From a bacterium (GTDB lineage Bacteria; UBA10199; JACPAL01; GCA-016699445), in NCBI GenBank assembly GCA_035454885.1, contig DATIGE010000038.1, positions 55,239-119,238 on the forward strand: a stretch of DNA of 64,000 nucleotides, in the 5' to 3' direction. The notes beneath the pieces were generated by a model that saw only the letters and a list, made by a program, of their open reading frames with translations, was not told the DNA's origin and searched no databases. Positions 40,167 through 49,295 of the stretch are shown in pieces (the first letter of the stretch is position 1; the number at the start of each line of letters is the position of its first letter). Both the position numbers and the translations under genes were made by a program.

Positions 40167-40538
40167 ATGGCTCTTCGAAGGACGCTGCGGACCATCGCCC
40201 ATGCGAAGCGGGCCGGTTTTCAATGGCGGGGCTGGACCGGACCGTTGAGAAAGGTCAAAGAAGAGCTCCGCGAGTTGGAGCGGGAGATCCGCCGCCGTGA
40301 CAAGACCAAGGCGCGGACCTCGGAGGAAATCGGCGACCTGCTTTTTTCGGTCTGCAACCTGGCCACCTTGCTCGAGCTGAACCCGGAAAAGGCCCTCCAT
40401 GCGACCCTGGACAAGTTCCAGTCCCGTTTCCGGTTCGTCAAAAACGAACTGCGAAAGAAGGGGAAGAGGCCCAAAGACTCGAATCTGAAAGAGATGGGCG
40501 CTCTTTGGAAAAAGGCTAAGACGAGGCCGCACCCTTGA
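40167..40538 (+). CDS. MazG-like nucleotide pyrophosphohydrolase domain protein
   Basis: 123 aa. KVKEELRELEREI...EEIGDLLFSVCNLATLLELNPEKAL is the MazG EExxD/E motif pair. Confidence 0.7.
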   Translation: MALRRTLRTIAHAKRAGFQWRGWTGPLRKVKEELRELEREIRRRDKTKARTSEEIGDLLFSVCNLATLLELNPEKALHATLDKFQSRFRFVKNELRKKGKRPKDSNLKEMGALWKKAKTRPHP

Positions 40539-42399
40539 GGACCGCCAGCAATTCCTCGCCGAACGACGCGCACTTGCGCTCCCCCATTCCGAAAACGCCG
40601 GCCAACTCGTCCAGGTTGCGCGGTCTCTTGACGCAGAGGTCGTCGATCGTCCGGTCCCAAAAGAGGGTGTAGGGCGGGATTCCCTTCCGGCGGGCGGTTT
40701 CCGCGCGCCAGCTTCGGATCGCCTGCCAGAGACCGCCGTGGTCGGCGCCGCCCGGCACGGAGGATGCGACCGTTCCCGCACTCCGGCTCCGGCGCGGCCT
40801 TCGAGTCATGAGTTCATCGTAGAGTCTCTTGGGCAAGACCGGTTCCTTTTGGTCCCTCATCACCGCCGATCCTTCCGCGGTCAGTGAGAGCGTGGGGTAC
40901 TTGAACCCGTTTTGCTGGATGTAGCCCTGTCGGATCAGGAGATCGACGAGGCCCATGAGTTCCGGACGTCTTTTGTGGGCCAGAAGACCGAAGGTCGAAA
41001 GTCGGTCATGGCCATACGCTTCACCGCGCTCGCTCGTTTTTCCCGTCAGACAGTCGATCAAGACGCCCTTGCCGAAGGAGGCGGCCGTGCCAAATCGGGC
41101 AAGGCCCGAGAGGACGATGCGGATGTCTTTCTTCAGCTCAGAGGAGATCTCAAAAGTCTCCGTCTCCGAGCAATTGTCGCAGGCGCCGCACCCGTCTTTG
41201 AGCCTTTCGCCGTCGCCGAAATAGTCCATGAGGGCCGCCTGGCGGCACGCGGACCCGTGCGCGTAGCGTTGCATGAGCTTGAGTTTGTCTTCACGGTTCC
41301 CGAGCCACGCGTCTCGCCGGTCCGAAGGGACGGTCTCCAAGACCTGCTGGATGAAAAAGTCTTGGAGGCCGGCGTCGTCGCCGCCGAAAAAGAGAAGACA
41401 CTGCGCCTCGAGCCCGTCGCGCCCCGCGCGGCCCGCTTCCTGGTAATAGGCCTCGAGACTCCCCGGCATTTGGGCGTGGACGACGAGCCTCACGTCCGGC
41501 CGGTCGACCCCCATCCCGAAGGCGTTCGTGGCGACCAAGACGACCCTGGCGTCTTCCTGAAAATGCCTGTGGGCCTTCTCCCGAGCGTCGGCCTCGAGTC
41601 CGGCGTGATAGGGAAAGGCGGGGACCTTGCGGCTTCTCAACAATTCCGTCAGGGCGTCGACCACCTTGCGGGTGCCGCAATAGACGATGGCCGCCCCTTC
41701 CGGGAGGCTCTCCAGGAGACGGAGGATCTCCGAAAACCGCGCCTTTTTGCCGCCCTCCATCCGCGCGCGGAACTTGAGGTTGGGCCGGTAGAAGCCGTGG
41801 ACGCGGATGAGAGGGTCTTGAAGCTCGAGCGAGGCCGCGATCTCCCTCTGGACTTCGGGCGTCGCCGTGGCCGTCACGGCGATCACCGGGCAACCCCACT
41901 CGCGCCTGATCCGGCCGAGGTCGCGATACTCTTCCCGGAAATCATGACCCCATTGGGCGATGCAGTGGGCCTCGTCCACCGCCGCGTAGTCGGGGCGGTG
42001 CCTTTTCAGGAATTCGAAGAAGCCGGGCAGCGCGATCCGTTCGGGGGAGACGTAATAAAGATTGATCTGCCGTTCCGCCCAGGCGGCAAGGGCTTCTCCG
42101 TCATCTTTATTTGCCGAATGCGTCGTCGCCGCCGGAATGTTCAAGAGATTGAGCTTTGCGACCTGGTCGTTCATGAGGCTGATCAAGGGGGAAACGACCA
42201 GACAGCGCTTGCCCGCGGCGACCGCGGGGAGCTGGTAACAGAGGGATTTCCCGGAGCCGGTCGCCATCACCGCGAGGACGTCGCGTCCCTCCAAAACGGC
42301 GCGAACGATCTCCTCCTGTCCGGGCCTAAATCCCTCAAGACCGAAAACCGAATGGAGTGTCGATTCCAATGACGTCATTGTCGGCTTGATAATTGTCAC
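40516..42399 (-). CDS. recQ: ATP-dependent DNA helicase RecQ
   Basis: 627 aa. ATGSGKSLCYQLPA (motif I). DEAHC. RQC zinc cysteines. C-terminal HRDC domain. Confidence 0.9.
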   Translation of the reverse strand: MTIIKPTMTSLESTLHSVFGLEGFRPGQEEIVRAVLEGRDVLAVMATGSGKSLCYQLPAVAAGKRCLVVSPLISLMNDQVAKLNLLNIPAATTHSANKDDGEALAAWAERQINLYYVSPERIALPGFFEFLKRHRPDYAAVDEAHCIAQWGHDFREEYRDLGRIRREWGCPVIAVTATATPEVQREIAASLELQDPLIRVHGFYRPNLKFRARMEGGKKARFSEILRLLESLPEGAAIVYCGTRKVVDALTELLRSRKVPAFPYHAGLEADAREKAHRHFQEDARVVLVATNAFGMGVDRPDVRLVVHAQMPGSLEAYYQEAGRAGRDGLEAQCLLFFGGDDAGLQDFFIQQVLETVPSDRRDAWLGNREDKLKLMQRYAHGSACRQAALMDYFGDGERLKDGCGACDNCSETETFEISSELKKDIRIVLSGLARFGTAASFGKGVLIDCLTGKTSERGEAYGHDRLSTFGLLAHKRRPELMGLVDLLIRQGYIQQNGFKYPTLSLTAEGSAVMRDQKEPVLPKRLYDELMTRRPRRSRSAGTVASSVPGGADHGGLWQAIRSWRAETARRKGIPPYTLFWDRTIDDLCVKRPRNLDELAGVFGMGERKCASFGEELLAVLKGAASS

Positions 42400-42445
42400 G
42401 TTCGCGGGTAGAGCAAGGTCCTATAACCTTTACTAAGGAGCCAAT

Positions 42446-42904
42446 ATGAAAAAAATGAAAAAAATTCTCATCGTGGCACTGTTGGCGGTCCTTCCCGTCG
42501 TTTTCGCGGGGCCTGCTTTTTCCAAGGGCCGCGGCGTCAGGGATCTTGTGGGCGAGCAAAGCGGCTGGACGAAAGGTCTCATCAACTCCAAGGCCTTCGC
42601 CGGCAAGACGATCCTGGTCGAGATCGCGGACCAGCGCAAATCCACCAAGGTGGGAGACCTCTTCGATACGGTCCAGTCGGTCTTGTCCGCCTCCCAACGG
42701 AGCATTTTTGTGGATCCCCTCCTCTTGGCCGAGCATCAGAACGCCGCCTACGTGACGGTGGAGGTCGACGGGGCGGTCTTGAAAAGCGTGGGACTGAGCA
42801 GCCAGCCGCCCGCGGAGCAGAAGGGCGTTGCCGCTCTGGTGCTGACCTTCAAGGGCGACACGACGCTCCCTGTTCAGGTTCTGGCGAACATCAAGCCGCA
42901 ATAG
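42446..42904 (+). CDS. Hypothetical secreted protein
   Basis: 152 aa with signal peptide MKKMKKILIVALLAVLPVVFAGPAFS. Confidence 0.5.
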   Translation: MKKMKKILIVALLAVLPVVFAGPAFSKGRGVRDLVGEQSGWTKGLINSKAFAGKTILVEIADQRKSTKVGDLFDTVQSVLSASQRSIFVDPLLLAEHQNAAYVTVEVDGAVLKSVGLSSQPPAEQKGVAALVLTFKGDTTLPVQVLANIKPQ

Positions 42905-42907
42905 GCG

Positions 42908-43372
42908 TTGAAGATCGTCCTCTTTCGCCCGGAGATCCCCCAAAACACGGGCAATATCGGCCGGCTGTGCGTCGCGACGCAGACGGAACTCTATCTCGTC
43001 CGCCCCATGGGTTTCTTCCTCGACTCCAGGGAGATCCGCCGCTCCGGCCTCGATTATTGGGAGCACCTCAAATACAAGGTCGTCTCCGGTCTGGAGGAAG
43101 TGAAGGGGGAGAATCCACGGTCGCGGCTCTGGTATCTCAGCACCAAGGGTAAGACGGTCTATTCCGAAGCGGCCTACCGTCCGGACGATGTCCTGGTGTT
43201 CGGCTCGGAAGGCTCGGGCCTGCCCTCCGAGGTCCTGGAAGCGAACCCCGAGTCCGTTCTCAACATCCCGCAATGGGGACCGGTCAGGAGTTTAAACCTC
43301 GCCACGGCCGTTGGGATCGTCCTCTACGAGGCCTACCGTCAGACAGGCAACGGCCGGTTTCAGAAAAAATAA
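42908..43372 (+). CDS. trmL: tRNA (cytidine/uridine-2'-O)-methyltransferase TrmL (SpoU/TrmH family)
   Basis: 154 aa collinear with TrmL. LFRPEIPQNTGNIGRLC...GLDYWEH...VFGSEGSGLP...SLNLATAVGIVLYEAYRQ. Confidence 0.85.
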   Translation: MKIVLFRPEIPQNTGNIGRLCVATQTELYLVRPMGFFLDSREIRRSGLDYWEHLKYKVVSGLEEVKGENPRSRLWYLSTKGKTVYSEAAYRPDDVLVFGSEGSGLPSEVLEANPESVLNIPQWGPVRSLNLATAVGIVLYEAYRQTGNGRFQKK

Positions 43373-43866
43373 AAACGCGCGCCGATGCCGCCGGTCATGT
43401 CGAATTCGCTGTCGGGAATGATCTGAATTCCGGGGGCAACCTCGAAAAAGACTTCCACGGGATAATGGACGAACTGCATGGCGACGCCGACGGGGACGCG
43501 GATGGCCGCGATGGTCTTGCCGTCTCCGTTGCCTCCCTTGTCGAAGCCGATCTTGCCGCCGGCTCCGGCGTAGAAGGGCAGGGTGAAACTCGAGGCATGT
43601 ACGGGGATGTCGAGGATGTCATAGGTCACGTCGCCGATGAGCGTGAAGGAGGACTCGATGAACGACCAGGCGACGATGGCGTCCAGGGCGAGGCGTTCGG
43701 TGAGATAACCTTTGACCGTCAAGCCGGTCGGATCGCCGAGGTAAAGGCCGGCGCCGAAACGCCTGGATTCGGGGCCGTAGGCGGCAGGCGCCGCGAAAAC
43801 GCGATTGTAGGCCAGGAGAGAGGCCAGCAGCACGGCGAATGCGAATAATCTTGAGTGCTTCTTCAT
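43360..43866 (-). CDS. Outer-membrane beta-barrel protein (small porin/OmpA-like TM domain family)
   Basis: Signal peptide MKKHSRLFAFAVLLASLLAYNRVFA. Alternating hydrophobic beta-strand pattern. C-terminal ...GIGARFYFF aromatic terminus typical of OMPs. Confidence 0.6.
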   Translation of the reverse strand: MKKHSRLFAFAVLLASLLAYNRVFAAPAAYGPESRRFGAGLYLGDPTGLTVKGYLTERLALDAIVAWSFIESSFTLIGDVTYDILDIPVHASSFTLPFYAGAGGKIGFDKGGNGDGKTIAAIRVPVGVAMQFVHYPVEVFFEVAPGIQIIPDSEFDMTGGIGARFYFF

Positions 43867-43972
43867 GCGAGTCTCCTTGTCTGAGGGTTTGAGGGATTGC
43901 GGAATTGACACGGGACTCTATCGGGGGGAGTAAGAGGGGTCAAGAGATCCCGATTATTTTGTATACAAGCGT

Positions 43973-44566
43973 ATGCGCGGCGCCGTTTTGAAATCGATCG
44001 CCCGGATCGAGGCCCGATTGTCGGAGGACCCGAGGCTCGAGAAAACGAGCTCCGAAGAAGGTCCGCGCGATCTGCTGTTCGTTCGCCGAGTCGTCTCGTG
44101 GGTGGGCCGTTTATCCCCGAGCCCCTCTGAATCCCTCCTTCTCGCGGCGTGGGGCCACGTCCTCGACCGCTGGACGCTCCCGCGTGACAGCCAGCCCCAA
44201 AAATATCCGATGACCACGGCCGGCTACCACAAATGGCGGAAGGCCCTTAACCTCATCTCGGCCGACGCGACGTCGAAGATCCTGAGCGAGGAGGGCGTCG
44301 ACGAGAAGGCCATCTCGCGGGTGCGCGATCTGATCCTCAAGAAGAATTTTCCCTCCGACCCCGATTCACAGTCCTTGGAGGACGCCGATTGCCTGGCCTT
44401 TTTGGAATTGAAGCTCGAAGGGTATTTGGAGGAATGGGACGAGGCCAAGACCGTCCGGATCCTTCGCGGTACGTTGGAAAAAATGACACCGCGCGCCCGC
44501 GAGATGGCCGCCCGGATCCCCTTGCCCGAAAAGGCGGTCGCCCTCTTGAAGAAGGCCTCTCCCTAG
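43973..44566 (+). CDS. Hypothetical protein (DUF4202-like; assignment from memory, uncertain)
   Basis: 197 aa soluble protein. No catalytic motifs recognised. Confidence 0.45.
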   Translation: MRGAVLKSIARIEARLSEDPRLEKTSSEEGPRDLLFVRRVVSWVGRLSPSPSESLLLAAWGHVLDRWTLPRDSQPQKYPMTTAGYHKWRKALNLISADATSKILSEEGVDEKAISRVRDLILKKNFPSDPDSQSLEDADCLAFLELKLEGYLEEWDEAKTVRILRGTLEKMTPRAREMAARIPLPEKAVALLKKASP

Positions 44567-44585
44567 TTATCCACAATGTGGATAA
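44567..44585. promoter_or_regulatory. Perfect palindrome of two DnaA-box consensus 9-mers (TTATCCACA-A-TGTGGATAA)
   Basis: Exact TTATCCACA and its reverse complement separated by 1 nt, in an AT-richer intergenic segment ~105 nt upstream of histidine kinase 44691. Confidence 0.4.
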
Positions 44586-44690
44586 CCATCTTAACAGGCT
44601 GATATTCCTTGCCTTCTGACGCATAGAGTCATCACTTTTCACTGGCCCAACCCCCCAACGATATGAAAGAAAGAGGGTCCGAAAGAAACT

Positions 44691-46094
44691 ATGGCGGTTA
44701 CGGCCATCCTTCCCATCTTGGACGTCGTGCAGTTGATCACCTCCGCAACCAGCCGGTTGACGGGAGGCGTTCCCTCCCATGCGGTGGCCACCGATGTGCT
44801 CTCCGCCGCCGAGCGGTGGAGAAAGAGGAATTTGGAAGACCGCTTGGAGCCGCTCCAAGAATTGGCGACGTCCCAGGCGGAAAAGGGTTCCGCCTCCCGC
44901 CGGGACGTGGCCCTGGCGCTTCGGGAATTTGCCCTTAGCATCGTCCCCCTCGCCAATCCTCATCAGCAGGGGCTTCTGAATTCCCTCAGCGCCGAACTGC
45001 AGGGCGTCCTGCAGGAATCGGATCCTACGGAGCCGGTGAGCGGCGTCTTTCGGCTCCGCACCGGGCGCTCGGAGCGCGACGCCCGGGCCCGCGTGGATCG
45101 GAACGTGCGGGAGGCCTTTTTCGTCTCCATCGGTGGCGCCCTCCACGACACCAACAACACCCTGACCGTCTTGGGTCTCACGGTCGCCACCGCGAAGAAG
45201 AAGATTAGGGATTTTCCAGACGCCCCGGCCTTGAACGAGATCATTTTGGACATCGAGCATCAGATCGACGTGATTGCGACGCTCATCAAACAGATGAGGG
45301 GCCAGATTGACTCCCAACGTGACGACTACGGAGGCGATCCGGCGGACTTGAAGACGCTCCTGTTCTCCGAGGGCCACGTCCATCAGGTCTTTACGAAACT
45401 GGCCAAACTCCTCCACCCGCTCGGCCGGTTGCAAAGGACGCTCCGCCTGAGACCCCGGGACGGGGAGGGGGGCGGCGTTGTGTGGAGCGTCCTGGAATCG
45501 GTCGGGACGTCCATCGATCTGACGAAGCTGTCCGCCACCCTCTTCCGGAGATTGCTCAGGCTTCAGGACCTTTGCGAACAGACGGAGTGCCCGTTTTCCA
45601 TCAATCCCCATGCCTACCTGAGGGAGGATATGATCCAGGCGATCCTGGGAAAGGGCATCCGGCTTCGCATGGACCTCGATCCCTCGCCCTGGACCGTGCG
45701 CGGACCGTCCATCCGGATCTGGCAGGTGATCATCAACCTGGTTGGCAACGCGCGGCAGGCCATGGAGGACTTTGGGAGCATGGAAATATCAACGCGCCGC
45801 GTGAGCCTCACGGCGGAAGAGGCCGAGTCTCTTCCGCACGATTCTGCAAGCTGCTCCCCGAGGGCGGGCGATTACATGCAGTTGACGATCCGGGATGCGG
45901 GCCCCGGCATCCCTGCGGGGCTTATGGGAAGAATCTTCGACCTCTTCTACAGCGGCCGGAACTCGAGCGGTTACGGTCTGGCCGTGACCCGCGAGCTGGT
46001 GGAGGACATGGGAGGCTTTCTCGGAATCGACTCCGAGACGGAGGGCGAAGGTCACGGGACGGCCTTTCATATTTACCTTCCCCGGGCTTCCTAA
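44691..46094 (+). CDS. Cytoplasmic sensor histidine kinase (no TM; HATPase_c), paralog of 46234..48225
   Basis: 467 aa. H-box ALHDTNNTLTVLGL. N box IRIWQVIINLVGNARQAM. G boxes DAGPGIP / GYGLAV. Confidence 0.75.
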   Translation: MAVTAILPILDVVQLITSATSRLTGGVPSHAVATDVLSAAERWRKRNLEDRLEPLQELATSQAEKGSASRRDVALALREFALSIVPLANPHQQGLLNSLSAELQGVLQESDPTEPVSGVFRLRTGRSERDARARVDRNVREAFFVSIGGALHDTNNTLTVLGLTVATAKKKIRDFPDAPALNEIILDIEHQIDVIATLIKQMRGQIDSQRDDYGGDPADLKTLLFSEGHVHQVFTKLAKLLHPLGRLQRTLRLRPRDGEGGGVVWSVLESVGTSIDLTKLSATLFRRLLRLQDLCEQTECPFSINPHAYLREDMIQAILGKGIRLRMDLDPSPWTVRGPSIRIWQVIINLVGNARQAMEDFGSMEISTRRVSLTAEEAESLPHDSASCSPRAGDYMQLTIRDAGPGIPAGLMGRIFDLFYSGRNSSGYGLAVTRELVEDMGGFLGIDSETEGEGHGTAFHIYLPRAS

Positions 46095-46098
46095 ATCT

Positions 46099-46139
46099 TT
46101 ATCCATTCATTTGAATCAACTTGGAACAACGTTGGATAA
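46099..46139. promoter_or_regulatory. Inverted repeat TTATCCA(N27)TGGATAA in AT-rich intergenic region upstream of second HK paralog
   Basis: tttatccattcatttgaatcaacttggaacaacgttggataaa. Half-sites share the TTATCCA core with the palindrome at 44567. Confidence 0.3.
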
Positions 46140-46233
46140 AAACTTTTCCATTTTCTTTGTAAAATCAATCAGTTAGGCCAGTTTTTCCTAGCAACGCCAA
46201 GACCGGCCATGCGAAAAGGCGCCATAGGCCATT

Positions 46234-48225
46234 ATGCCGGCGCTCGCGATTACAGACGTCTTTCACCAAATCCTCCACTGGACGGTGATGCTGTCCCAAG
46301 GGGTCGATCCCTCGGAAATCCACAACGAGATGGCGGCCTCCGTTCCTCAATGGCAGGAAGCGCCTGAGTTGAGGGCCCCACTGGCCCACATCAGCAGCCT
46401 CCTACCCCCCAGGCCCGACACGATGCCTCCGGCATCGGGCGTCGTACCGGTGACGCGCGAACGGCTCGTCCAGGCCTTGGACGATACGATCCGGGACTTG
46501 GAGGTCACGACGGACGACCTTCAATTGCGGGAAAATATCGATAGCCTCCGGAGAAGATTCGCGCGGCTGAAACAAGGAGACGGCGAGGCCGTTTCGATCG
46601 CGCCGCCCGTTCTTCGCGTCCACGGAACGCGCGAGATCTCCGGGGAGATCATCGCACAGCAGATGGCGGATGCCTTGCGGGACGCCCTGGCCAAGGTGAC
46701 CCACGACGCTAACAACATCCTAACCGCCCTCACGGGCGAGATGACCGTCGCGGAGGAGACCTGCCAGAGGGTCGACTTCCTGGCCCGACGGCACTTTCAT
46801 CTCATTCCCGGCGACGTCAGGGTGCGGTTGAGCGGCACGCTCGAATCGATGGACCGCGTCCTGGACGGCATGAGCGGCGTTCTCATGAACGTCGCGCAGC
46901 TTGTCCGGGGCGTTCAGCGGGTCATCGCGTCCCTGAGGGACGTGGGCGCCGGCGCCGATCTCGAGCGGACTCGGCTCGCGTCGGACGGAGGATTGATCGC
47001 CCAAATCACCATCGGTCTCTTCGACCTCTTGACGGACGCCGGAAGGGCCGAGGAGAACTTGAGGGAGATGAACCTCATCGCCGACCAATACGGTCACGTG
47101 GCCTCGGCCGAGGATCTCGCGGAGGGTTTGGCCCTCCTCCGCGACCTTTCCGAATGCTTTCAGACCGCCAAGGAACTGACTGCGCTGACCGTCGACCTCT
47201 TCCGGCTCCATCAGGAATTCGTCTTGGGGCTCAAGAACGGCGGCGAGGGGGCCGCGGACCTGCACGCCCACCTGAACAAAAGGACCTTGTCCGCGTTCAT
47301 GGGCCGGGGGGTCGAGGTGGAATTCCGCCTCGACGGCGAGCCCTGGAGGATTCCCGGTCCTTCCATCCGGGTCTGGCAGGTGATCCTCAACAACATCGTC
47401 AACGCGCGGGACGCCATGGGCGGGAGCGGCCGGCTGTCCGTCTCCACCCGCAAAGTGCTTCTGGACGAGGACGACGCGGCAAGGCTCTCCGCACCCTTGA
47501 TTCGCGGGACGCACCGCGCCGGCGATTTCATGATGCTCCAAGTCAGCGACGATGGTCCGGGCATTCCGCCCCATGTCCTGCCCCGGATCTTCGATCCGTC
47601 CTTCAGCGGCAAGAACTCGACGGGTTTGGGGCTGGCGGTGACCCTCCAGATCGTCCAGACCATGGGCGGCTTCATCGCCGTCCGGACGTCGACGGCCCCC
47701 GAAAATCACGGGACGGTCTTTTCGATCTATTTCCCCAGGGCGGAAGAGGCCCCGCCCCCCCCTCTCCGGCCCCTGCCGGAGACGGGCCGCGAAATCGTGC
47801 TGGTCGTCGACAACGAGGAGTTGATCCTGCGCACGGCGAAACGCGTCTTGATGGCGAGGGGACACGGGGTCCTGACGGCGTCGGGAGGCCGGGAGGCCGT
47901 GGACCGCGCGCAAGAGTGGTACCGGGACCTCTCGCGTCCCCCGATCAGCGCCGTCCTGCTCGATATCAACATGCCGGGCGTCGCGACGCGCGCGCTTTTG
48001 GAAAAACTCCGGACCGTCGATCCCCACATGGTCTGCCTGTTTCAGAGCGGGATAGACGGCCTCCCCGAAGACCTCCAGGACGTCGAGATGGCGGGTTTCC
48101 TCCCCAAGCCGGCGTCGGCCGACGAGCTGGTGGGGCAGATGAGGTTCCTGCTCAACCGCATGCGGAGGAACCGGCCGACGCTACCAGCCCCGCCACGGCT
48201 TTCACCCAAAGGGGATGGTCGTTGA
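46234..48225 (+). CDS. Hybrid sensor histidine kinase with C-terminal receiver domain (cytoplasmic)
   Basis: 663 aa. H-box VTHDANNILTALTG. HATPase_c IRVWQVILNNIVNARDAM...GLGLAV. REC domain EIVLVVDNEELILR...LLDINMPGV... Confidence 0.8.
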   Translation: MPALAITDVFHQILHWTVMLSQGVDPSEIHNEMAASVPQWQEAPELRAPLAHISSLLPPRPDTMPPASGVVPVTRERLVQALDDTIRDLEVTTDDLQLRENIDSLRRRFARLKQGDGEAVSIAPPVLRVHGTREISGEIIAQQMADALRDALAKVTHDANNILTALTGEMTVAEETCQRVDFLARRHFHLIPGDVRVRLSGTLESMDRVLDGMSGVLMNVAQLVRGVQRVIASLRDVGAGADLERTRLASDGGLIAQITIGLFDLLTDAGRAEENLREMNLIADQYGHVASAEDLAEGLALLRDLSECFQTAKELTALTVDLFRLHQEFVLGLKNGGEGAADLHAHLNKRTLSAFMGRGVEVEFRLDGEPWRIPGPSIRVWQVILNNIVNARDAMGGSGRLSVSTRKVLLDEDDAARLSAPLIRGTHRAGDFMMLQVSDDGPGIPPHVLPRIFDPSFSGKNSTGLGLAVTLQIVQTMGGFIAVRTSTAPENHGTVFSIYFPRAEEAPPPPLRPLPETGREIVLVVDNEELILRTAKRVLMARGHGVLTASGGREAVDRAQEWYRDLSRPPISAVLLDINMPGVATRALLEKLRTVDPHMVCLFQSGIDGLPEDLQDVEMAGFLPKPASADELVGQMRFLLNRMRRNRPTLPAPPRLSPKGDGR

Positions 48226-49183
48226 GCGAAGGCACGAGTTCGAAGGCCTCCGCGCCGGCCGCCATCGCCGTTTCCTTGGCCCGGATCCCGATCTCTTCCA
48301 GGGTTTCCAGACAATCCGCCACAAAGGCCGGACAGAAGACGACGAGGCGCCTGCGCCCCGCTTTGACCAGTTCCGGAATCACCAGATCCGTGTAGGGCTT
48401 GAGCCAGGGCGTGCGGCCCAGGCGCGATTGGAACGACACGCTGCACACGTCGTCGGGTATTCCGATCCTCTTCATCAGGGACCTCGCCGTCTTGAAGGCG
48501 TGGGAACGGTAGCATCGCTGATTCTGCATCACGTCCTGATCGCAGCATTCGTCGAATTTCAGGCAGTGGTTCCCCACCGGGTCTTCCTTGAGGATGTGGC
48601 GTTCGGGCAATCCGTGAAAACTGAAGAGGACATGATCCGGCCGCACGCGCTCCAGCACCGGCTCGCCCACGGCGGCGAAGGCCGAGAGGAAGCCCGGATG
48701 GTTGTAGAAGGGCGGAAGGACCCGGAACGGGGGCGCGTCTTTCTTCGACGTCATCACCCGCTCAAACTCCGCGACGGCGGAACCGGTGGAGGAGGCCGCG
48801 TATTGGGGAAAGAGGGGCAGCATGCGGACCTCCGAGACCCCGGCCGCGATCAGCCGATCGACGGCGGATAAAATGGACGGGCTGCCGTACCGCATCCCGA
48901 CGGCGACTTGGCAGTCTTTCCCCAAAACCGCTTGGACCTTTTTCGCCAGGTTGTTCGTGTGAAACAGGAGCGGCGATCCTTCCGGCATCCAAATCTTCTT
49001 GTAGGCCTCGGCGGATTTCGGGGACCGGAAGGGGGCGATGACGAGATTGACCAACATCCATCGCGCCACCGGGTGGATGTCGATCACCATCGGGTCCGAG
49101 AGAAATTGGCGGAGATACCGCCGCACCGCGGGCGTAGTCGGGGCGTCGGGCGTTCCCAAATTGACGAGAAGGATTCCGATCAT
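48152..49183 (-). CDS. hemH: Ferrochelatase
   Basis: Start at MIGILLVNLGTPDAPT. ...LPLFPQYAASSTGS... FSFHGLPE... typical HemH. 74-nt convergent overlap with HK 3' end. Confidence 0.85.
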   Translation of the reverse strand: MIGILLVNLGTPDAPTTPAVRRYLRQFLSDPMVIDIHPVARWMLVNLVIAPFRSPKSAEAYKKIWMPEGSPLLFHTNNLAKKVQAVLGKDCQVAVGMRYGSPSILSAVDRLIAAGVSEVRMLPLFPQYAASSTGSAVAEFERVMTSKKDAPPFRVLPPFYNHPGFLSAFAAVGEPVLERVRPDHVLFSFHGLPERHILKEDPVGNHCLKFDECCDQDVMQNQRCYRSHAFKTARSLMKRIGIPDDVCSVSFQSRLGRTPWLKPYTDLVIPELVKAGRRRLVVFCPAFVADCLETLEEIGIRAKETAMAAGAEAFELVPSLNDHPLWVKAVAGLVASAGSSACG

Positions 49184-49295
49184 GGGGCGCTCCGTTCTTA
49201 TCCGAAGGAGGGTATGAAGAACATGAAAAAAAGCTGGCAACCTATCCTCAAGTCGTGCGAGGAGGCGCGCACGGGGGCAAGCAAAGGGGCTTTTT

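Noticed and set aside
44567-44585. Calling the DnaA-box palindrome a replication origin
   Set aside because: Only one box pair. No dnaA/dnaN/gyrB neighbourhood, no AT-rich unwinding element and no box cluster. Treated as a candidate regulatory operator only.
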